A stretch of DNA of 64,000 bases, taken from contig CAWKKR010000007.1 of NCBI GenBank assembly GCA_963850305.1, forward strand, positions 384,001 through 448,000. Reading direction: 5' to 3'. Position numbers and translations under genes: made by a program. Position 1 is the first letter of the stretch. Each line of letters begins with the position of its first letter. Positions 20,985-31,597 of this stretch are shown piece by piece. The notes under the pieces were generated by a model. It was not told the DNA's origin. It did no database searches and was given only the letters and a program-made list of their open reading frames with translations. Source of the DNA: an uncultured delta proteobacterium (lineage in GTDB: Bacteria; Myxococcota_A; Polyangia; Polyangiales; Polyangiaceae).

Positions 20985-22109
20985 TTAGCTTTCGAAAAGC
21001 GCGGCGACTTCCACGTGTTCCGTGTGCGGAAACAGATCATAGGCGTGCACGCTCCTGAGTGCCCACTTGCCCGATGACAAGATCGCCTCCGTATCGGCCA
21101 TGAACGATACCAGGCCGCACGCCACGTAGATGAGTCGTCCTGGAGCGACCCGGACGATCGCCTCGCGGAGCGCGGGGTCGAGCCCCTTTCGCGGCGGGTC
21201 CACGATCGCGACATCCGCGTCCGTTAGCAACGCCCCGGCGGCGCCGGCGGGACCGGCGACGATTCGCGTTCGCGCCCGATCGGTCGCACCGAGCGCGTCG
21301 ATGCCCATCGACAGTCCCCGCAGTGATTCGGGGGCGATCTCGTTGAATACGACGGTTCTCGATCGCGGAACGAGCCCTAACCCGATCGGCCCGACGCCGG
21401 CGTAGAACTCCACCACGCTGGTGCCGTCCGGAACCCAGGCGTGCACGTCTCTCACGATCGCATCCGCGAGATCGAGGTGATTCTGTCCGAACGCGCCGGG
21501 CGGATAGAAGACGCGCGCGCCGCCGATATGCTCGACGATGGCTTCGGGTCCCGCGATGCGCTCGAACGACCCGCCGAGGATGGTGTTCGTTCGAGCGGTG
21601 TTGCCGTTCCAGAAGAGCGAGTGGAGGCGCGAGCCGAGTCTTGCACCGAGCTCGGCGAAGAGCGGCGTACAGCTCGACGAATCGTCCGAATTCGCGACCA
21701 CGACGACCTGCGCGCTCGTGGATGCTCGTTCGACCGCGATCTGCACGTAACGCACGAGCCCCTCGTGTGCCGCATCCGAATACGGGGTCGCGTGCGAGGC
21801 GACGATGGCCCGGCGCAGCTCACCGGCTACAGCGTTCACGAGCGGATGATGGACAAGGCACCGCGGGATGTCGATGAGCCGGTGCGAACCGAGCTCGAAG
21901 ATGCCGATCTTCGGCGAAGCGACGCGCCCCCGTACCGCAAGTCGCGCTCGGTGCCGGAATGCGAGAGGCCGTCCTTCCGCGAATCGCGGCGGTGAAGCGC
22001 CGTACCGCCGCGCGAGCGACTCGAGCCCATCTCGTGCGCGCGCGTCAATTCCCGGGAGCTCGAGCCGCGGACAGCCGGGGCAGGGGGGACGATGCGGGCA
22101 CGCGATCAA
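20985..22109 (-). CDS. RNA (uracil-C5)-methyltransferase, RlmD/TrmA family
   Basis: Fe-S-type motif CPHRPPCPGC; FGQN, YAGVG, DPPRKGL, YVAC and FPHTEHVE. Confidence 0.9.
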   Translation of the reverse strand: MIACPHRPPCPGCPRLELPGIDARARDGLESLARRYGASPPRFAEGRPLAFRHRARLAVRGRVASPKIGIFELGSHRLIDIPRCLVHHPLVNAVAGELRRAIVASHATPYSDAAHEGLVRYVQIAVERASTSAQVVVVANSDDSSSCTPLFAELGARLGSRLHSLFWNGNTARTNTILGGSFERIAGPEAIVEHIGGARVFYPPGAFGQNHLDLADAIVRDVHAWVPDGTSVVEFYAGVGPIGLGLVPRSRTVVFNEIAPESLRGLSMGIDALGATDRARTRIVAGPAGAAGALLTDADVAIVDPPRKGLDPALREAIVRVAPGRLIYVACGLVSFMADTEAILSSGKWALRSVHAYDLFPHTEHVEVAALFES

Positions 22110-22774
22110 CGCTCGACTCGTGCCACGACCAGACCCGGGGTGTCACCATCCCTGCGCGCGAAATAATTCCGCATCACGCGTGGTGCCGACAAGATGATGT
22201 CCTGTACTCGCTTCCCCGCGAACAGCGCGGGGAGGCCGGAACCGATGTCGACCGCGGCAGCGACGGTCACGACGCTCCGCCGATCGTCGAACCGCCGGAC
22301 CTTGAAGTAGCCGTACACGTCGGCAATGTCGTGGCGGCGCGATCGGTCCAGACGAAACGTCAGCTCGCCAGGTGTGGTGGAGGGGGAAATGTCGACCGTG
22401 TACGTTGCGGTGATGAACGAATTTCCCTGGAGGAGCTCGACACGCCGCTCGCTACCATCGGTGTCGATGAGGGTCGCTCGCTTCGTCCTCGGCAACAGGG
22501 TATCCAGTGCGCCGACGTCATCGAGCGCGGCGAGGACGCGCTCGGGTGTCGCAGGGACGAGTCCCGACGCGACGCCGCCGACGTAGTGAGCCGAGCCATG
22601 CTTGAAGTCGAAGGGCGTCGTGAGCAGCTCGCCGGCCGCGAGCTTGTCGTGCGCCGGCGTGATGGTCACGTCCGCTTCGCTCTTCGGCGGGAGCGGGGCG
22701 CCGGTGCCGAGCGGTCCCGCGCACGCAAGAAGCAGCGCGGGAGCCGCGAGCCAAGCTGCCTTTCGGAAATACAT
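22106..22774 (-). CDS. SRPBCC/START-like lipoprotein
   Basis: Lipobox LLAC; helix-grip-like pattern VPATPERVLAALDD...LLPR. Confidence 0.55.
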   Translation of the reverse strand: MYFRKAAWLAAPALLLACAGPLGTGAPLPPKSEADVTITPAHDKLAAGELLTTPFDFKHGSAHYVGGVASGLVPATPERVLAALDDVGALDTLLPRTKRATLIDTDGSERRVELLQGNSFITATYTVDISPSTTPGELTFRLDRSRRHDIADVYGYFKVRRFDDRRSVVTVAAAVDIGSGLPALFAGKRVQDIILSAPRVMRNYFARRDGDTPGLVVARVER

Positions 22775-22997
22775 CCGACACAAAAGTAGCCCTCGACCCT
22801 CCGCAGTCGCTCCCTGCTGCTCCGGGCTGACAATTGATTACATGAGGCCCAAAGGGCATGCGATTCAATGGGTTAGCTTGTCGACAAATCCGCAGAAGCC
22901 AAACGAAATCTCCTGAATGCTGACGAGGACGTCGCCGGCACGTCGCCAGGTCCGGGACCTCGAGAACCGTCGAACCTGCTAGCTTCCGCCGCGAGCG

Positions 22998-24416
22998 ATG
23001 GCCAGCTCGATCGAACGCAGTGGGGGGCCCACTCCCGCCGCGGCTTCGGTCGGCGATCGTTCGCTCGACCGCGACATCTGGGCGATGGCCTGGCCCGCGA
23101 TCCTGTCGTTCGTCGTCGTCAATGTCGTGGATGTCGTGGATGTCGGGCTCGTCGGGCGGCTCGGGCGGGAGACCGTGGCTGCGTGGGGTTACGCCGCACA
23201 GTGCATTCACCTGGTGGAAACGATGGTGCAGGCAGTCGGCATCGGGTGCGTCGCGCTCGTCGCACGGGCGATCGGCGCGAATGACCACGCGCGCGCGCGT
23301 CGGGCCATTGCCGCGTCGGTGTTCGTCGCCCAGGCCGTCGCGCTGCTGGCGCTCCTGCTCGTCATCGCCGTGCCGCGGCAGATCCTCCGGTCGCTCGACG
23401 CCGAACCCGCGGTGATCGAAATCGCAGTGCCGTTCCTGCGTCTCTTCGCGGGAGCCATGGTGCTCTACGCCGCTGCATTCATGTTCGAGAGCGCGCTCCG
23501 CGCGAATCGCAACACCCGCGGGCCGATGATGATCGCAGTCGTCGTCATGACGGTGAAGACCGTGCTGAGCATCATCCTGGTTTTCGGAGCCTTTGGATTG
23601 CCGAGGCTCGAGCTCGTGGGGGCCGGGATCGCGACGCTTTGTGCGCACGCGGTGGGGCTCGTCTCGTACGTCGTCGCCTCGCGGGTCGCGTCACGCGGCG
23701 GGCTTGCGGTCACGTTCGGCTGGAGAGACGTCCGCGACATACCGAAGATCGCCGGCGAGGTTCTGTGGGTGTCGCTTCCGTCCATGGGCGAACGTCTGGT
23801 CATGAGCCTTGCCTTGCTCGCGTACTTCAAGATCCTGTCGAGCTACGGCACCGCGGCGATCGCCGCCTATGCCATCGGGGTGCGACTGCTTTCGTTCTCG
23901 TGGGCGCCGGGGCTTGGCTACGCGGCGGCGGCATCGACGTTCGTGGGCCAGGCGCTCGGGGCGAACGATTCGGCGGGCGCGCGTCGCGCGGGAGTTCGTT
24001 CGGTCACGCACGCCCTTCTCGTCATGAGCTTGGTGGCGGTGGTGTTCGTTTTCCTGCGTGGCGCGCTCGCTCATGGGTTCACGACGGACGTGCGCGTCGC
24101 GGAGGATCTGATGCCCTTCATGCTCATGCTCGCCATTGCGCAGCCGTTCATGGGCGTGCATTTCACGCTCGGCGGAGTCCTCCGCGGCGCCGGTGATACC
24201 GTGACGCCGCTCGTCGCCGCCGCGCTCGGCAACTGGGGCTTCCGGGTTCCACTCGCCGTGATCTTCACGCGCTATTTCGGACACAACATCGTGCTCGTGT
24301 GGGCCGCGCTCATCGGCGATCACCTGGCGCGCATGACCGTGTGCGGGGGCGTGTTCCTGCGCGGCAAGTGGGCGCTTCGTGTCGGTGCTAACCTGCGCCC
24401 GAAGGCGGCGCTATAG
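22998..24416 (+). CDS. MATE family transporter
   Basis: About 12 TM segments; MAWPAI, VGRLG, GAGIAT, VGQALGA and LRGAGDT motifs. Confidence 0.92.
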   Translation: MASSIERSGGPTPAAASVGDRSLDRDIWAMAWPAILSFVVVNVVDVVDVGLVGRLGRETVAAWGYAAQCIHLVETMVQAVGIGCVALVARAIGANDHARARRAIAASVFVAQAVALLALLLVIAVPRQILRSLDAEPAVIEIAVPFLRLFAGAMVLYAAAFMFESALRANRNTRGPMMIAVVVMTVKTVLSIILVFGAFGLPRLELVGAGIATLCAHAVGLVSYVVASRVASRGGLAVTFGWRDVRDIPKIAGEVLWVSLPSMGERLVMSLALLAYFKILSSYGTAAIAAYAIGVRLLSFSWAPGLGYAAAASTFVGQALGANDSAGARRAGVRSVTHALLVMSLVAVVFVFLRGALAHGFTTDVRVAEDLMPFMLMLAIAQPFMGVHFTLGGVLRGAGDTVTPLVAAALGNWGFRVPLAVIFTRYFGHNIVLVWAALIGDHLARMTVCGGVFLRGKWALRVGANLRPKAAL

Positions 24417-24466
24417 CCGGGAATCTCGCGGGGACCCTCCGCGGGCGAGTAGAGGTAATTGGAATC

Positions 24467-25264
24467 ATGGACCCTCGTGGGCGCGTCCTCGTCGTGGCCG
24501 GCTCGGACTCGAGCGGAGGCGCGGGCATCCAGGCTGACATCAAGACCATCACCGCGCTTGGCGGCTATGCGGCGACAGCCATCACGGCGCTCACGGCGCA
24601 GAACACGCTCGGTATTGCCGGCATCGTTCCGGTGGATCCCGAGTTCGTCGAGATGCAGATGGACGCTGTGTTCAACGACGTCGGGGCCGACGCGATCAAG
24701 ACGGGCATGCTCTACAATCGCTTCGTGGTGGAGGCCGTCGCGCGGAAGATCCGTCAGAAGCGTTCGCTCTCGGCTGTGATCGATCCGGTGCTCGTCTCGG
24801 GCCGCGGGACGGCGCTTCTCCAGCCCGACGCGCGCGCCGCCTTCGTGAAACATCTGCTCCCCCTCGCGACGCTCCTCACGCCCAACGCACCCGAGGCCGG
24901 GATGATCACCGGGGTCGAAGTCCGAAACGTCGAGGAGATGCAGAACGCGGCCGACCGCTTGCTGCTCATGGGCCCCGAAGCCGTGCTCATCAAAGGGGGA
25001 CACATCCCGGGCGATACCGTGACGGACTTGCTCCGTACCGCGGACGGCCTGGAGCGCCGGTTCACGAGCCCGCGGATCCACGGTCGCCCGATGCACGGCA
25101 CGGGGTGCACGCTTGCGTCCGCGATCGCCGTCGGTCTCGCCGAAGGGATGACGCTCGAAGGGGCGGTCCAGACGGCGCGCGATTTCGTGTTCGAGGCGAT
25201 CCGGACCGCGCCACCGTATGGTTCCGGCTCGGGCGTCCTGAATCACGTCCACGGCATCGAATGA
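24467..25264 (+). CDS. thiD: Hydroxymethylpyrimidine/phosphomethylpyrimidine kinase
   Basis: AGSDSSGGAGIQADIKT, KTGML, TPNAPEA, KGGH and HGTGCTLAS motifs. Confidence 0.96.
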   Translation: MDPRGRVLVVAGSDSSGGAGIQADIKTITALGGYAATAITALTAQNTLGIAGIVPVDPEFVEMQMDAVFNDVGADAIKTGMLYNRFVVEAVARKIRQKRSLSAVIDPVLVSGRGTALLQPDARAAFVKHLLPLATLLTPNAPEAGMITGVEVRNVEEMQNAADRLLLMGPEAVLIKGGHIPGDTVTDLLRTADGLERRFTSPRIHGRPMHGTGCTLASAIAVGLAEGMTLEGAVQTARDFVFEAIRTAPPYGSGSGVLNHVHGIE

Positions 25265-26169
25265 TGAACTCCCTTCTTTCTTTTCCGGACGAGCCTCCGG
25301 TGGCGGACGGCAATGTCGGCTCCGACGCGGGAAGCCTGCGTTACGACGATGTCGTTCAGGACGGGCGCCTGCGGCTGGAGTCGGCATGGCTCCGCACGGG
25401 TCGCGTGCTCTTTCGAAATCCCGAGGTCGCCGCGGTGCTCTCGAACCTTGCGCCGGGGATCACCAACGTCCTCTCGCGGATCACGATGCGGGCGAGCGAG
25501 GCGTCACTTCGACCGCGGGCGAAAGTGAAGCTCGAGCTGAAGTTTGCGTTCGAGCATACGGTCGACGGTGGCCAACACGTCGACCGGCTCCTCCTTTCGA
25601 CGTGGATGCGCGCCTCGGCCGAAGGCCGCGACGGCGGCGAGCATCCCGCGGCGCACGTTTACGGGCAGCGCGTGTTCACCCGTTTGCATGCGGCCCCAGG
25701 CGAACATCGGGTGACGCGACTCCCGGGGCTCGGCGCGTCCGAGGTCCCGTCACGACGGGCCGTCTGGGAACCAGCGACGTCCCTCCTCGCGCTGCCGCAG
25801 GGAGCTGTCCCGCTCGACGCCGCGCCGCGGCTCAATCCGGCGCGCATCGTGTTCGGTCTGTCGCATACCGACCTCAATCAACACGTGAATTTCTTGATGT
25901 ACCATCGCGAAGTGGAGCGCGCGGCGCTGAATCGGTTCGTCGACCTCGGCCTCGGCTCGTGCCTGCTCTCGCGCGAAGTGTCGTTCGGGTACCGAAAGCC
26001 GTCGTTTGCCGGCGATGTCGTGCGGGTCGCGCTGCAGGCATTTCGTCTCGGTGACGTCCTAGGTGTCGTCGCGGCGCTCGTGGAAGACGACAGCGGTCCG
26101 GCAGAGCGCGCGGCTTTCAGCGACTTCGGTCCACCGCGCAATGCTGCGCAGATGCTTCTGCGACCATGA
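25261..26169 (+). CDS. Acyl-ACP thioesterase-like double hotdog protein
   Basis: HTDLNQHVNFLMY and YRKPSFAGD motifs; ATGA overlap with thiD. Confidence 0.7.
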   Translation: MMNSLLSFPDEPPVADGNVGSDAGSLRYDDVVQDGRLRLESAWLRTGRVLFRNPEVAAVLSNLAPGITNVLSRITMRASEASLRPRAKVKLELKFAFEHTVDGGQHVDRLLLSTWMRASAEGRDGGEHPAAHVYGQRVFTRLHAAPGEHRVTRLPGLGASEVPSRRAVWEPATSLLALPQGAVPLDAAPRLNPARIVFGLSHTDLNQHVNFLMYHREVERAALNRFVDLGLGSCLLSREVSFGYRKPSFAGDVVRVALQAFRLGDVLGVVAALVEDDSGPAERAAFSDFGPPRNAAQMLLRP

Positions 26170-27449
26170 CGATCTCCCGCGGATCGTCGTGGGAGGGGCG
26201 CAGGCCCATGATGGCCATGACGCTTGTCGCGTCGTTTGCCTCGGGGTGCGTGACGAACCACGACGCGCTTGCGGAGGCGTTCGGGGCCGGCGGCAATCCG
26301 GGGTTCGGTGGAGCATCCTCGGGGGGGCAAGCGACAGACGGCGCCGGCGGAAGCATCCTTGAGGCGGACACGCCCGTGCCGCATGACGCCCAGCCGGCAG
26401 CCGATGCCGGTCCACGAACCGTCACCTTCGTTCATGGCGTGATCGACTCGCCGTGGATCGCCTTCTGCTTTGCAAAGGTCTCCGATGGCGTGCCCGCGGC
26501 ACCCGTGGGGGCGCCGTGGCCGAGCGGCGGACTCGAATACGGGCAGACGAGGGTCGCCCAGGCCATTCCCGGCGTCGCGCTCGGCACGGACGATCTCCTT
26601 CCCTACGTGATCGCGGCGGCGTCCTCGGACGTCACGCGCGGCATGGATTGCCCGATGCTGGTGTCGACCGCGACCGCGCTTGCCACGCCACCGGTCGTCG
26701 ATGCCGGAGTCACGGACGCCTCCGGTCGCGATGCGGCCGTTCGCCTGGACGCGTCGAGTCTTCGCGACGCCTCCCGGGAAGCATCGGCATCTCGCGACGC
26801 GGGCGCCGTGCTCGACGCGGCTTCTTCGACGCCATCTTCACGGCCGCCGCCGATCGTTCCGGCGATACCCTCCATTCGCGCCGCCGCGCTGCCCGTTCTG
26901 CCGGGCGTCGCGCTCTCCGGGGCGGAGAGCTTCCTCATCGTCGCCGGTGGGTGTCTGGGGGGGCCTGGAGTGACGGATCCGTCGGAGCTCTCGGTCTGCG
27001 GCGAGAACTATTCGCCGGCGACTCCCACGCTCGAGGAGATGGTCGTCGAACTGCCGCGTGCCGGAAAGGCCGGGTACGTGGGCCTTTCTTACCTGGGCGG
27101 CACTCCCGCGCTCCGGGCTTCCGACCTCACGCTTCAGGCCCCAGGCGGTACGCTCCCCGTCGTCAAGAACGTGGTCACCGGCGCCCTTCGCCCCGTGCCA
27201 CCTCTCGCGACATCGACCGCCGACCAGATCGGCGCGTCGGATGTCGGCACGGCAATCTTTCTCTACGCCGACGGCAGCGCGACGCCCATCTACGACGAAC
27301 CCTGGTCGACGACCTTCGTGGCCGGTGGTGTCAGCTCGCTCGAGAATGGCCGGAACTACACACTGATTGTCGTGGGTCCATATCCGGGATTTTCGCGCCG
27401 TAGCTTCTGGAACGATCCGCTCGTGACCATCGTCGCAAACGATCCGTGA
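26166..27449 (+). CDS. Hypothetical lipoprotein
   Basis: Lipobox ASGC, Gly- and DAS-rich linkers; ATGA overlap with the upstream gene. Confidence 0.7.
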   Translation: MTISRGSSWEGRRPMMAMTLVASFASGCVTNHDALAEAFGAGGNPGFGGASSGGQATDGAGGSILEADTPVPHDAQPAADAGPRTVTFVHGVIDSPWIAFCFAKVSDGVPAAPVGAPWPSGGLEYGQTRVAQAIPGVALGTDDLLPYVIAAASSDVTRGMDCPMLVSTATALATPPVVDAGVTDASGRDAAVRLDASSLRDASREASASRDAGAVLDAASSTPSSRPPPIVPAIPSIRAAALPVLPGVALSGAESFLIVAGGCLGGPGVTDPSELSVCGENYSPATPTLEEMVVELPRAGKAGYVGLSYLGGTPALRASDLTLQAPGGTLPVVKNVVTGALRPVPPLATSTADQIGASDVGTAIFLYADGSATPIYDEPWSTTFVAGGVSSLENGRNYTLIVVGPYPGFSRRSFWNDPLVTIVANDP

Positions 27450-27466
27450 CTCGGAAATTCCTTCGC

Positions 27467-28339
27467 TCATGTTCCTGTGACGTGCCGGAAGGCACGCCAC
27501 ATGGCGGTCACGCTCTGGAAGCGTTCGACCGGGTCTATGGCCAGGGTTTGCATCACCCAGTCGTCCACCTCGGGACCGAGGTCCGGCCGGAGCGCGTGAA
27601 GGCTCGGGCGCGGGGAGCGCGTGACGTCGCGGAGCAGGGTTCCGAGATCGCCCGCACCGTCGAAGGGCGGACGGCCCGCGAGGCAGCGGAAGACGACTGC
27701 GCCGAGCGAGTAGACGTCGATGCGATGATCGATGACGTCGTGCCGGCCTTGCCAGCTCTCGGGCGCGATGTAGCTCGGGGAGCCGGCGAGCATGCCGTCC
27801 TGCGTGACGCCGCGCATTCGCGTGAACTTGGCGAACCCGAAGTCCAGAAGTCGAACGCCGCCGCCGTGAGCTTCGGAGACGACGAAGATGTTGGCCGGCT
27901 TGAGATCGCGGTGGACAATGCCCATGTCGTGCGCGTATTTCAGGGTCTCGACGACGGGATCGAGCAAGCTCACGACGGAACGCACCTCGGCCTGCCCGCC
28001 GCCCTCTTCGAGCCGGGTGAGGACATCGTCGAGAGGTTCTCCGTCGAGGAGTTCCGTGACCAGGCACATCGAGCCGTCCTCCGTCCATACCTGGTCGAGC
28101 ACGCGCACGGCCGCCGTGCCGGCCAGCGACGCCATCGCGCGCGCTTCGCGGAACATACGCTCCGTCGAAGCAGGATCCGAGCCCGCGCGGAGCACCTTGA
28201 GCGCGACCTCGTCGCCGGCGCGTAGATCCCGGGCGCGGTATACCGAGCTCTGCCCTCCCTCGCCGAGCACGCCGAGGATCTGGTAACGCTCGCCGATCAC
28301 CTGCCCGAGGCGGTTTGGAGGAGGCAAGGAAGGCAGCAT
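27467..28339 (-). CDS. Ser/Thr protein kinase (catalytic domain only)
   Basis: [20 protein letters not shown] and YIAPE motifs. Confidence 0.93.
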   Translation of the reverse strand: MLPSLPPPNRLGQVIGERYQILGVLGEGGQSSVYRARDLRAGDEVALKVLRAGSDPASTERMFREARAMASLAGTAAVRVLDQVWTEDGSMCLVTELLDGEPLDDVLTRLEEGGGQAEVRSVVSLLDPVVETLKYAHDMGIVHRDLKPANIFVVSEAHGGGVRLLDFGFAKFTRMRGVTQDGMLAGSPSYIAPESWQGRHDVIDHRIDVYSLGAVVFRCLAGRPPFDGAGDLGTLLRDVTRSPRPSLHALRPDLGPEVDDWVMQTLAIDPVERFQSVTAMWRAFRHVTGT

Positions 28340-28410
28340 TCTACGTCGAACGATACTCCCCGGGGAACGCGCGTGTCACCCGGCTCGGTTCACGATACCT
28401 TCCTGCGCTG

Positions 28411-29208
28411 ATGACGACCAAAAGACTCGACGGGAAGCGTGCGATCGTGACGGGCGCCGCGAGCGGCATCGGCCGTGCGAGCGCGATCTTGTTCGCCGAT
28501 GAGGGCGCCAAGGTGCTCGCGTGCGACGTCGCGGCAGAAGGACTCGCCACGACAGTGGAGGCGATCCGCTCCGCAGGCGGCACGGCCCGAGCCCGAGTCG
28601 CAACCGTCTCCGACGAGGACGCCGTGAAAGCCCTCGTCGAAGAGAGTGTGCGCGAGCACGGGGGGCTCGAGGTCTTCTACGCCAACGCGGGTATCTCCGG
28701 CGGGCTCGTGCCGATCCTGTCCTTGACGGCAAGCGATTGGCTGGAAGTGTTGAAGGTGAACTTGATCGGCCCGTTTCTCGGCATCAAATACGCGGGGGCC
28801 CACATGAGCGCGCATGGCGGCGGTTCGATCGTCTGCACCGCCTCCGTTGCCGGGCTACGGTCCGGCGCGGGCGGCGCTCAATATAGCGCCAGCAAGGCCG
28901 GCGTGATCAGCCTGGTGCAGACAGCAGCCTGTCAGTTCGCGGGCATGAACGTCCGCGTGAACGCGATCTGTCCCGGGCTCATCGAGACGGGAATGACGCA
29001 GCCGCTATTCGATTACGCGCGCGCGGCCGGCAAAGAAGGCAAGATCGGGCAGCTGAATCCTCTTCGCCGCGCCGGGCGGCCCGAGGAGATCGCGCGCGTC
29101 GCGCTATTTCTCGCGAGCGACGAATCCGGCTACGTCAACGGCCAGGCATGGGCCGTCGACGGCGGGCTCTCGGCAAGCTTGCCGGTCGTGCTCGGTCGCA
29201 TGATGTGA
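28411..29208 (+). CDS. Short-chain dehydrogenase/reductase
   Basis: [16 protein letters not shown] and NAICPG motifs. Confidence 0.95.
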   Translation: MTTKRLDGKRAIVTGAASGIGRASAILFADEGAKVLACDVAAEGLATTVEAIRSAGGTARARVATVSDEDAVKALVEESVREHGGLEVFYANAGISGGLVPILSLTASDWLEVLKVNLIGPFLGIKYAGAHMSAHGGGSIVCTASVAGLRSGAGGAQYSASKAGVISLVQTAACQFAGMNVRVNAICPGLIETGMTQPLFDYARAAGKEGKIGQLNPLRRAGRPEEIARVALFLASDESGYVNGQAWAVDGGLSASLPVVLGRMM

Positions 29209-30257
29209 CGAGCCTCGTCTCGAGCCGTAAGTCCGTCGCGTCGTGCGTCGTGCTGCTACTCGTGCTCGCGCGTTTGCCGCTCGCGGGCGCCGCCGTCGAG
29301 CCCACCTCGCCCCCTGTGGTCGATCTTCACGTCGATCTTTCTTATCGCGTGAATTACGGGCACGGCACCTTCGCAAACGGTTCGGGGCAGTTCGTCGCGG
29401 CCGAGCTCGCACGGGCGAACGTCGCTGGTGTCGTGCTTCCGCTGTTCATTCCCAAGGACGTCTCTCCGGAGGGGCCTCGCGCGAGCGATCTCGAAGCGTC
29501 GTACGTGCGGCTGATGTCATTGATCCCCGCGACGCCGCCCTACGCGAAGCCCGGCTGCGCCCCGGCACCTGGGAGGGTGCGGACGTGGTTGTCCTTCGAG
29601 GGCGCGGCGCCGCTCGCGAACGAGCCGGACGCGGTCGCCCAGTGGGTATCGCGCGGCGCGCGTCTGTTCGGGCTGGTGCACACGTCGGACAACGCGCTCG
29701 CGACATCGTCCGGGGACGCGAGTCCGGCGACGACCGGGCTCACGGACGCCGGGCGAGAATTCGTGCGGCGGGTCTATCGCGCGGGGGGCGTCGTGGACGT
29801 CTCCCACGCGTCCGACGCCGCCACCGACGAGATGATCGCCATGGCGCTCGCGGAAAGCGTTCCCATCGTCGCGACGCATTCGGACGCGCGAGCCATCACA
29901 CCGCATCCACGAAACCTCACCGACGACGAGATCCGCGGCATTGCTGGCTCGGGTGGCGTCATCGGAATCAATCTCCATTCTCGCTTTCTCGCGGGCAAGC
30001 GCGGCGCGAAGCTCGCCGACGTCGTTCGTCAGATCGAATACATGGTCCGCGTGGCCGGCGTCGAGCACGTGGCCATCGGCTCCGACTTCGAGGGCGACAT
30101 CCGTCCGCCTCGCCAACTGGAGAGCGTGCGCGGGTATCCCAGGCTCGCCGCCGCGCTTCGTCGGGCTGGGATGTCGGTCGGGGACGTCGCGCGGATATTC
30201 GGCGCGAACGCGCTCCGGATATTGTGTCCGCGGGATTCGGCAACGGTGAAAAAATAG
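29205..30257 (+). CDS. Membrane dipeptidase (M19)
   Basis: DLHVD, FEG, VDVSH, THS, RNLTD and IGSDFEG motifs; signal peptide; GTGA overlap. Confidence 0.9.
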   Translation: MTSLVSSRKSVASCVVLLLVLARLPLAGAAVEPTSPPVVDLHVDLSYRVNYGHGTFANGSGQFVAAELARANVAGVVLPLFIPKDVSPEGPRASDLEASYVRLMSLIPATPPYAKPGCAPAPGRVRTWLSFEGAAPLANEPDAVAQWVSRGARLFGLVHTSDNALATSSGDASPATTGLTDAGREFVRRVYRAGGVVDVSHASDAATDEMIAMALAESVPIVATHSDARAITPHPRNLTDDEIRGIAGSGGVIGINLHSRFLAGKRGAKLADVVRQIEYMVRVAGVEHVAIGSDFEGDIRPPRQLESVRGYPRLAAALRRAGMSVGDVARIFGANALRILCPRDSATVKK

Positions 30258-30365
30258 CGTGTGAGCGCGCGCGCGTCCCAAAATCATGATGATCCGGGCT
30301 CGCCTGGGCAAGGGACGTTCGGTTCCGGGAGACGGCTCGGCGAGACACGAGTACCGTCTCGCCCC

Positions 30366-30897
30366 ATGTCCAACGTCGATGGTCGCTGCCTGGACGTCTT
30401 TCCGGAGTGGCTACGCTCGCTGTCGGAGGACGCGCTTGCCTTCTCCGCTCTGGTGTCCGACACCTCGCTGTCGGAAGGCGTTCGCCGCCACGTCACGGCG
30501 GCGCTGAACTACCTTTTCAAGTCGCTCGATTCTGATCCCGGACGGCATCGAAGACCTTGGATTCCTGGATGACGCGTTCGTTTTTCGCGTCGCGGCGTCG
30601 CTGGCGTCCAGAGACGACGCCGCGCCAGCACTCGCGTCGCTGGTCGAGGAAGCGAAGCTCGTGAAAGAGTTTCTCGGCGAGGACTACGCGCGCCTGGAGC
30701 GCTTCGTCGCAGGGCTCGATCAGAGTGCGTCCCGCGGTCGCTCCGTGAGCGACATCATGAGCGATGCGGCCGCACGTTCCGCGTTCGTGAATGACGTCAA
30801 GGGTTGGGCGGGCAGCTACGTCGTGCCGTCGTTCGGGCGAGACGCGAAGAACCTGGTAAAGCTGCGCTCGTTCCTGTCGACCAAACTGCCGGCGTGA
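30366..30897 (+). CDS. YkvA/DUF1232 family protein; +1 frameshift near 30530
   Basis: Removing one T at 30530-30531 gives YLFKSLDLIPDGIEDLGFLDDAFV and joins ORF 30661..30897. Confidence 0.8.
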
Positions 30898-31006
30898 GCG
30901 GGCCGACGGACACCGTCACTCAAACGGACTCTCGCAAAGCAGTGACTCGACGGGAGCCCGTGCGAGTTCGCCGACCAGGGGCCTCGTCGCCGACGTCAGG
31001 TTTCGG

Positions 31007-31573
31007 TTATCTGGCGGCGACAGCCGCAGCGACCGCGGTGTCGAGGCTGGAAGCCCCCGTGGTCGAGTAGCCCTCTTGCTTCGCGAGCACACGGCCGTGA
31101 CGTCCGATGAGCACGCTGTACGGGGCGCTCGTCTTCGGGTTGTACAGCGAGACGGCCTGCGTCTCCTGATCGAGCAAGATCGGGAAGTGGACGCCGAGCT
31201 TCTGGACCTCCGAGCGCACCTGGGCGATCGAGTCGGGCCCATCGATGGAGACGCCGAGGACGACGAAGCCCCTGTCCTTGTATTTCTCGTACAGCGCATC
31301 CAGGTGCGGCATGGAAGCTAGACATGGGTCGCAATACGTCGCCCAGAAGTCGATGAGCACGACGTCCTTGCCGATGTGATCGCCGAGACGGACGGTCCCC
31401 CCGGACAGCGTCTCCAGCTCGAAATCGGGCGGTGTTTCTGTCACCCCCGACGGTGAAGCCACAGCGCCACCGGAGGCAGCCGCCCCTCCGCACGCCGAAA
31501 CGCCCAATAGAGCGGCGGTCCCCACGGCTCTCGCGAGGTTCGACGCGCCCCTCGTCTTTCGTGTCGTTCGCAT
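31007..31573 (-). CDS. TlpA-family thiol-disulfide oxidoreductase lipoprotein
   Basis: Lipobox VSAC; PDFEL, DFWATYCDPC and GVSID motifs. Confidence 0.92.
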   Translation of the reverse strand: MRTTRKTRGASNLARAVGTAALLGVSACGGAAASGGAVASPSGVTETPPDFELETLSGGTVRLGDHIGKDVVLIDFWATYCDPCLASMPHLDALYEKYKDRGFVVLGVSIDGPDSIAQVRSEVQKLGVHFPILLDQETQAVSLYNPKTSAPYSVLIGRHGRVLAKQEGYSTTGASSLDTAVAAAVAAR

Positions 31574-31597
31574 GGCCTTGCCTTTCGGTTCAGTCGC

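Noticed and set aside
17070..21000. Integrative island bounded by a tRNA 3'-end direct repeat
   Set aside because: No integrase and no second copy of the tRNA 3' end were seen by eye.
26700..26825. Recurrent GACGC/DAS units resembling a repeat array
   Set aside because: This is a low-complexity protein linker inside a lipoprotein, not CRISPR.
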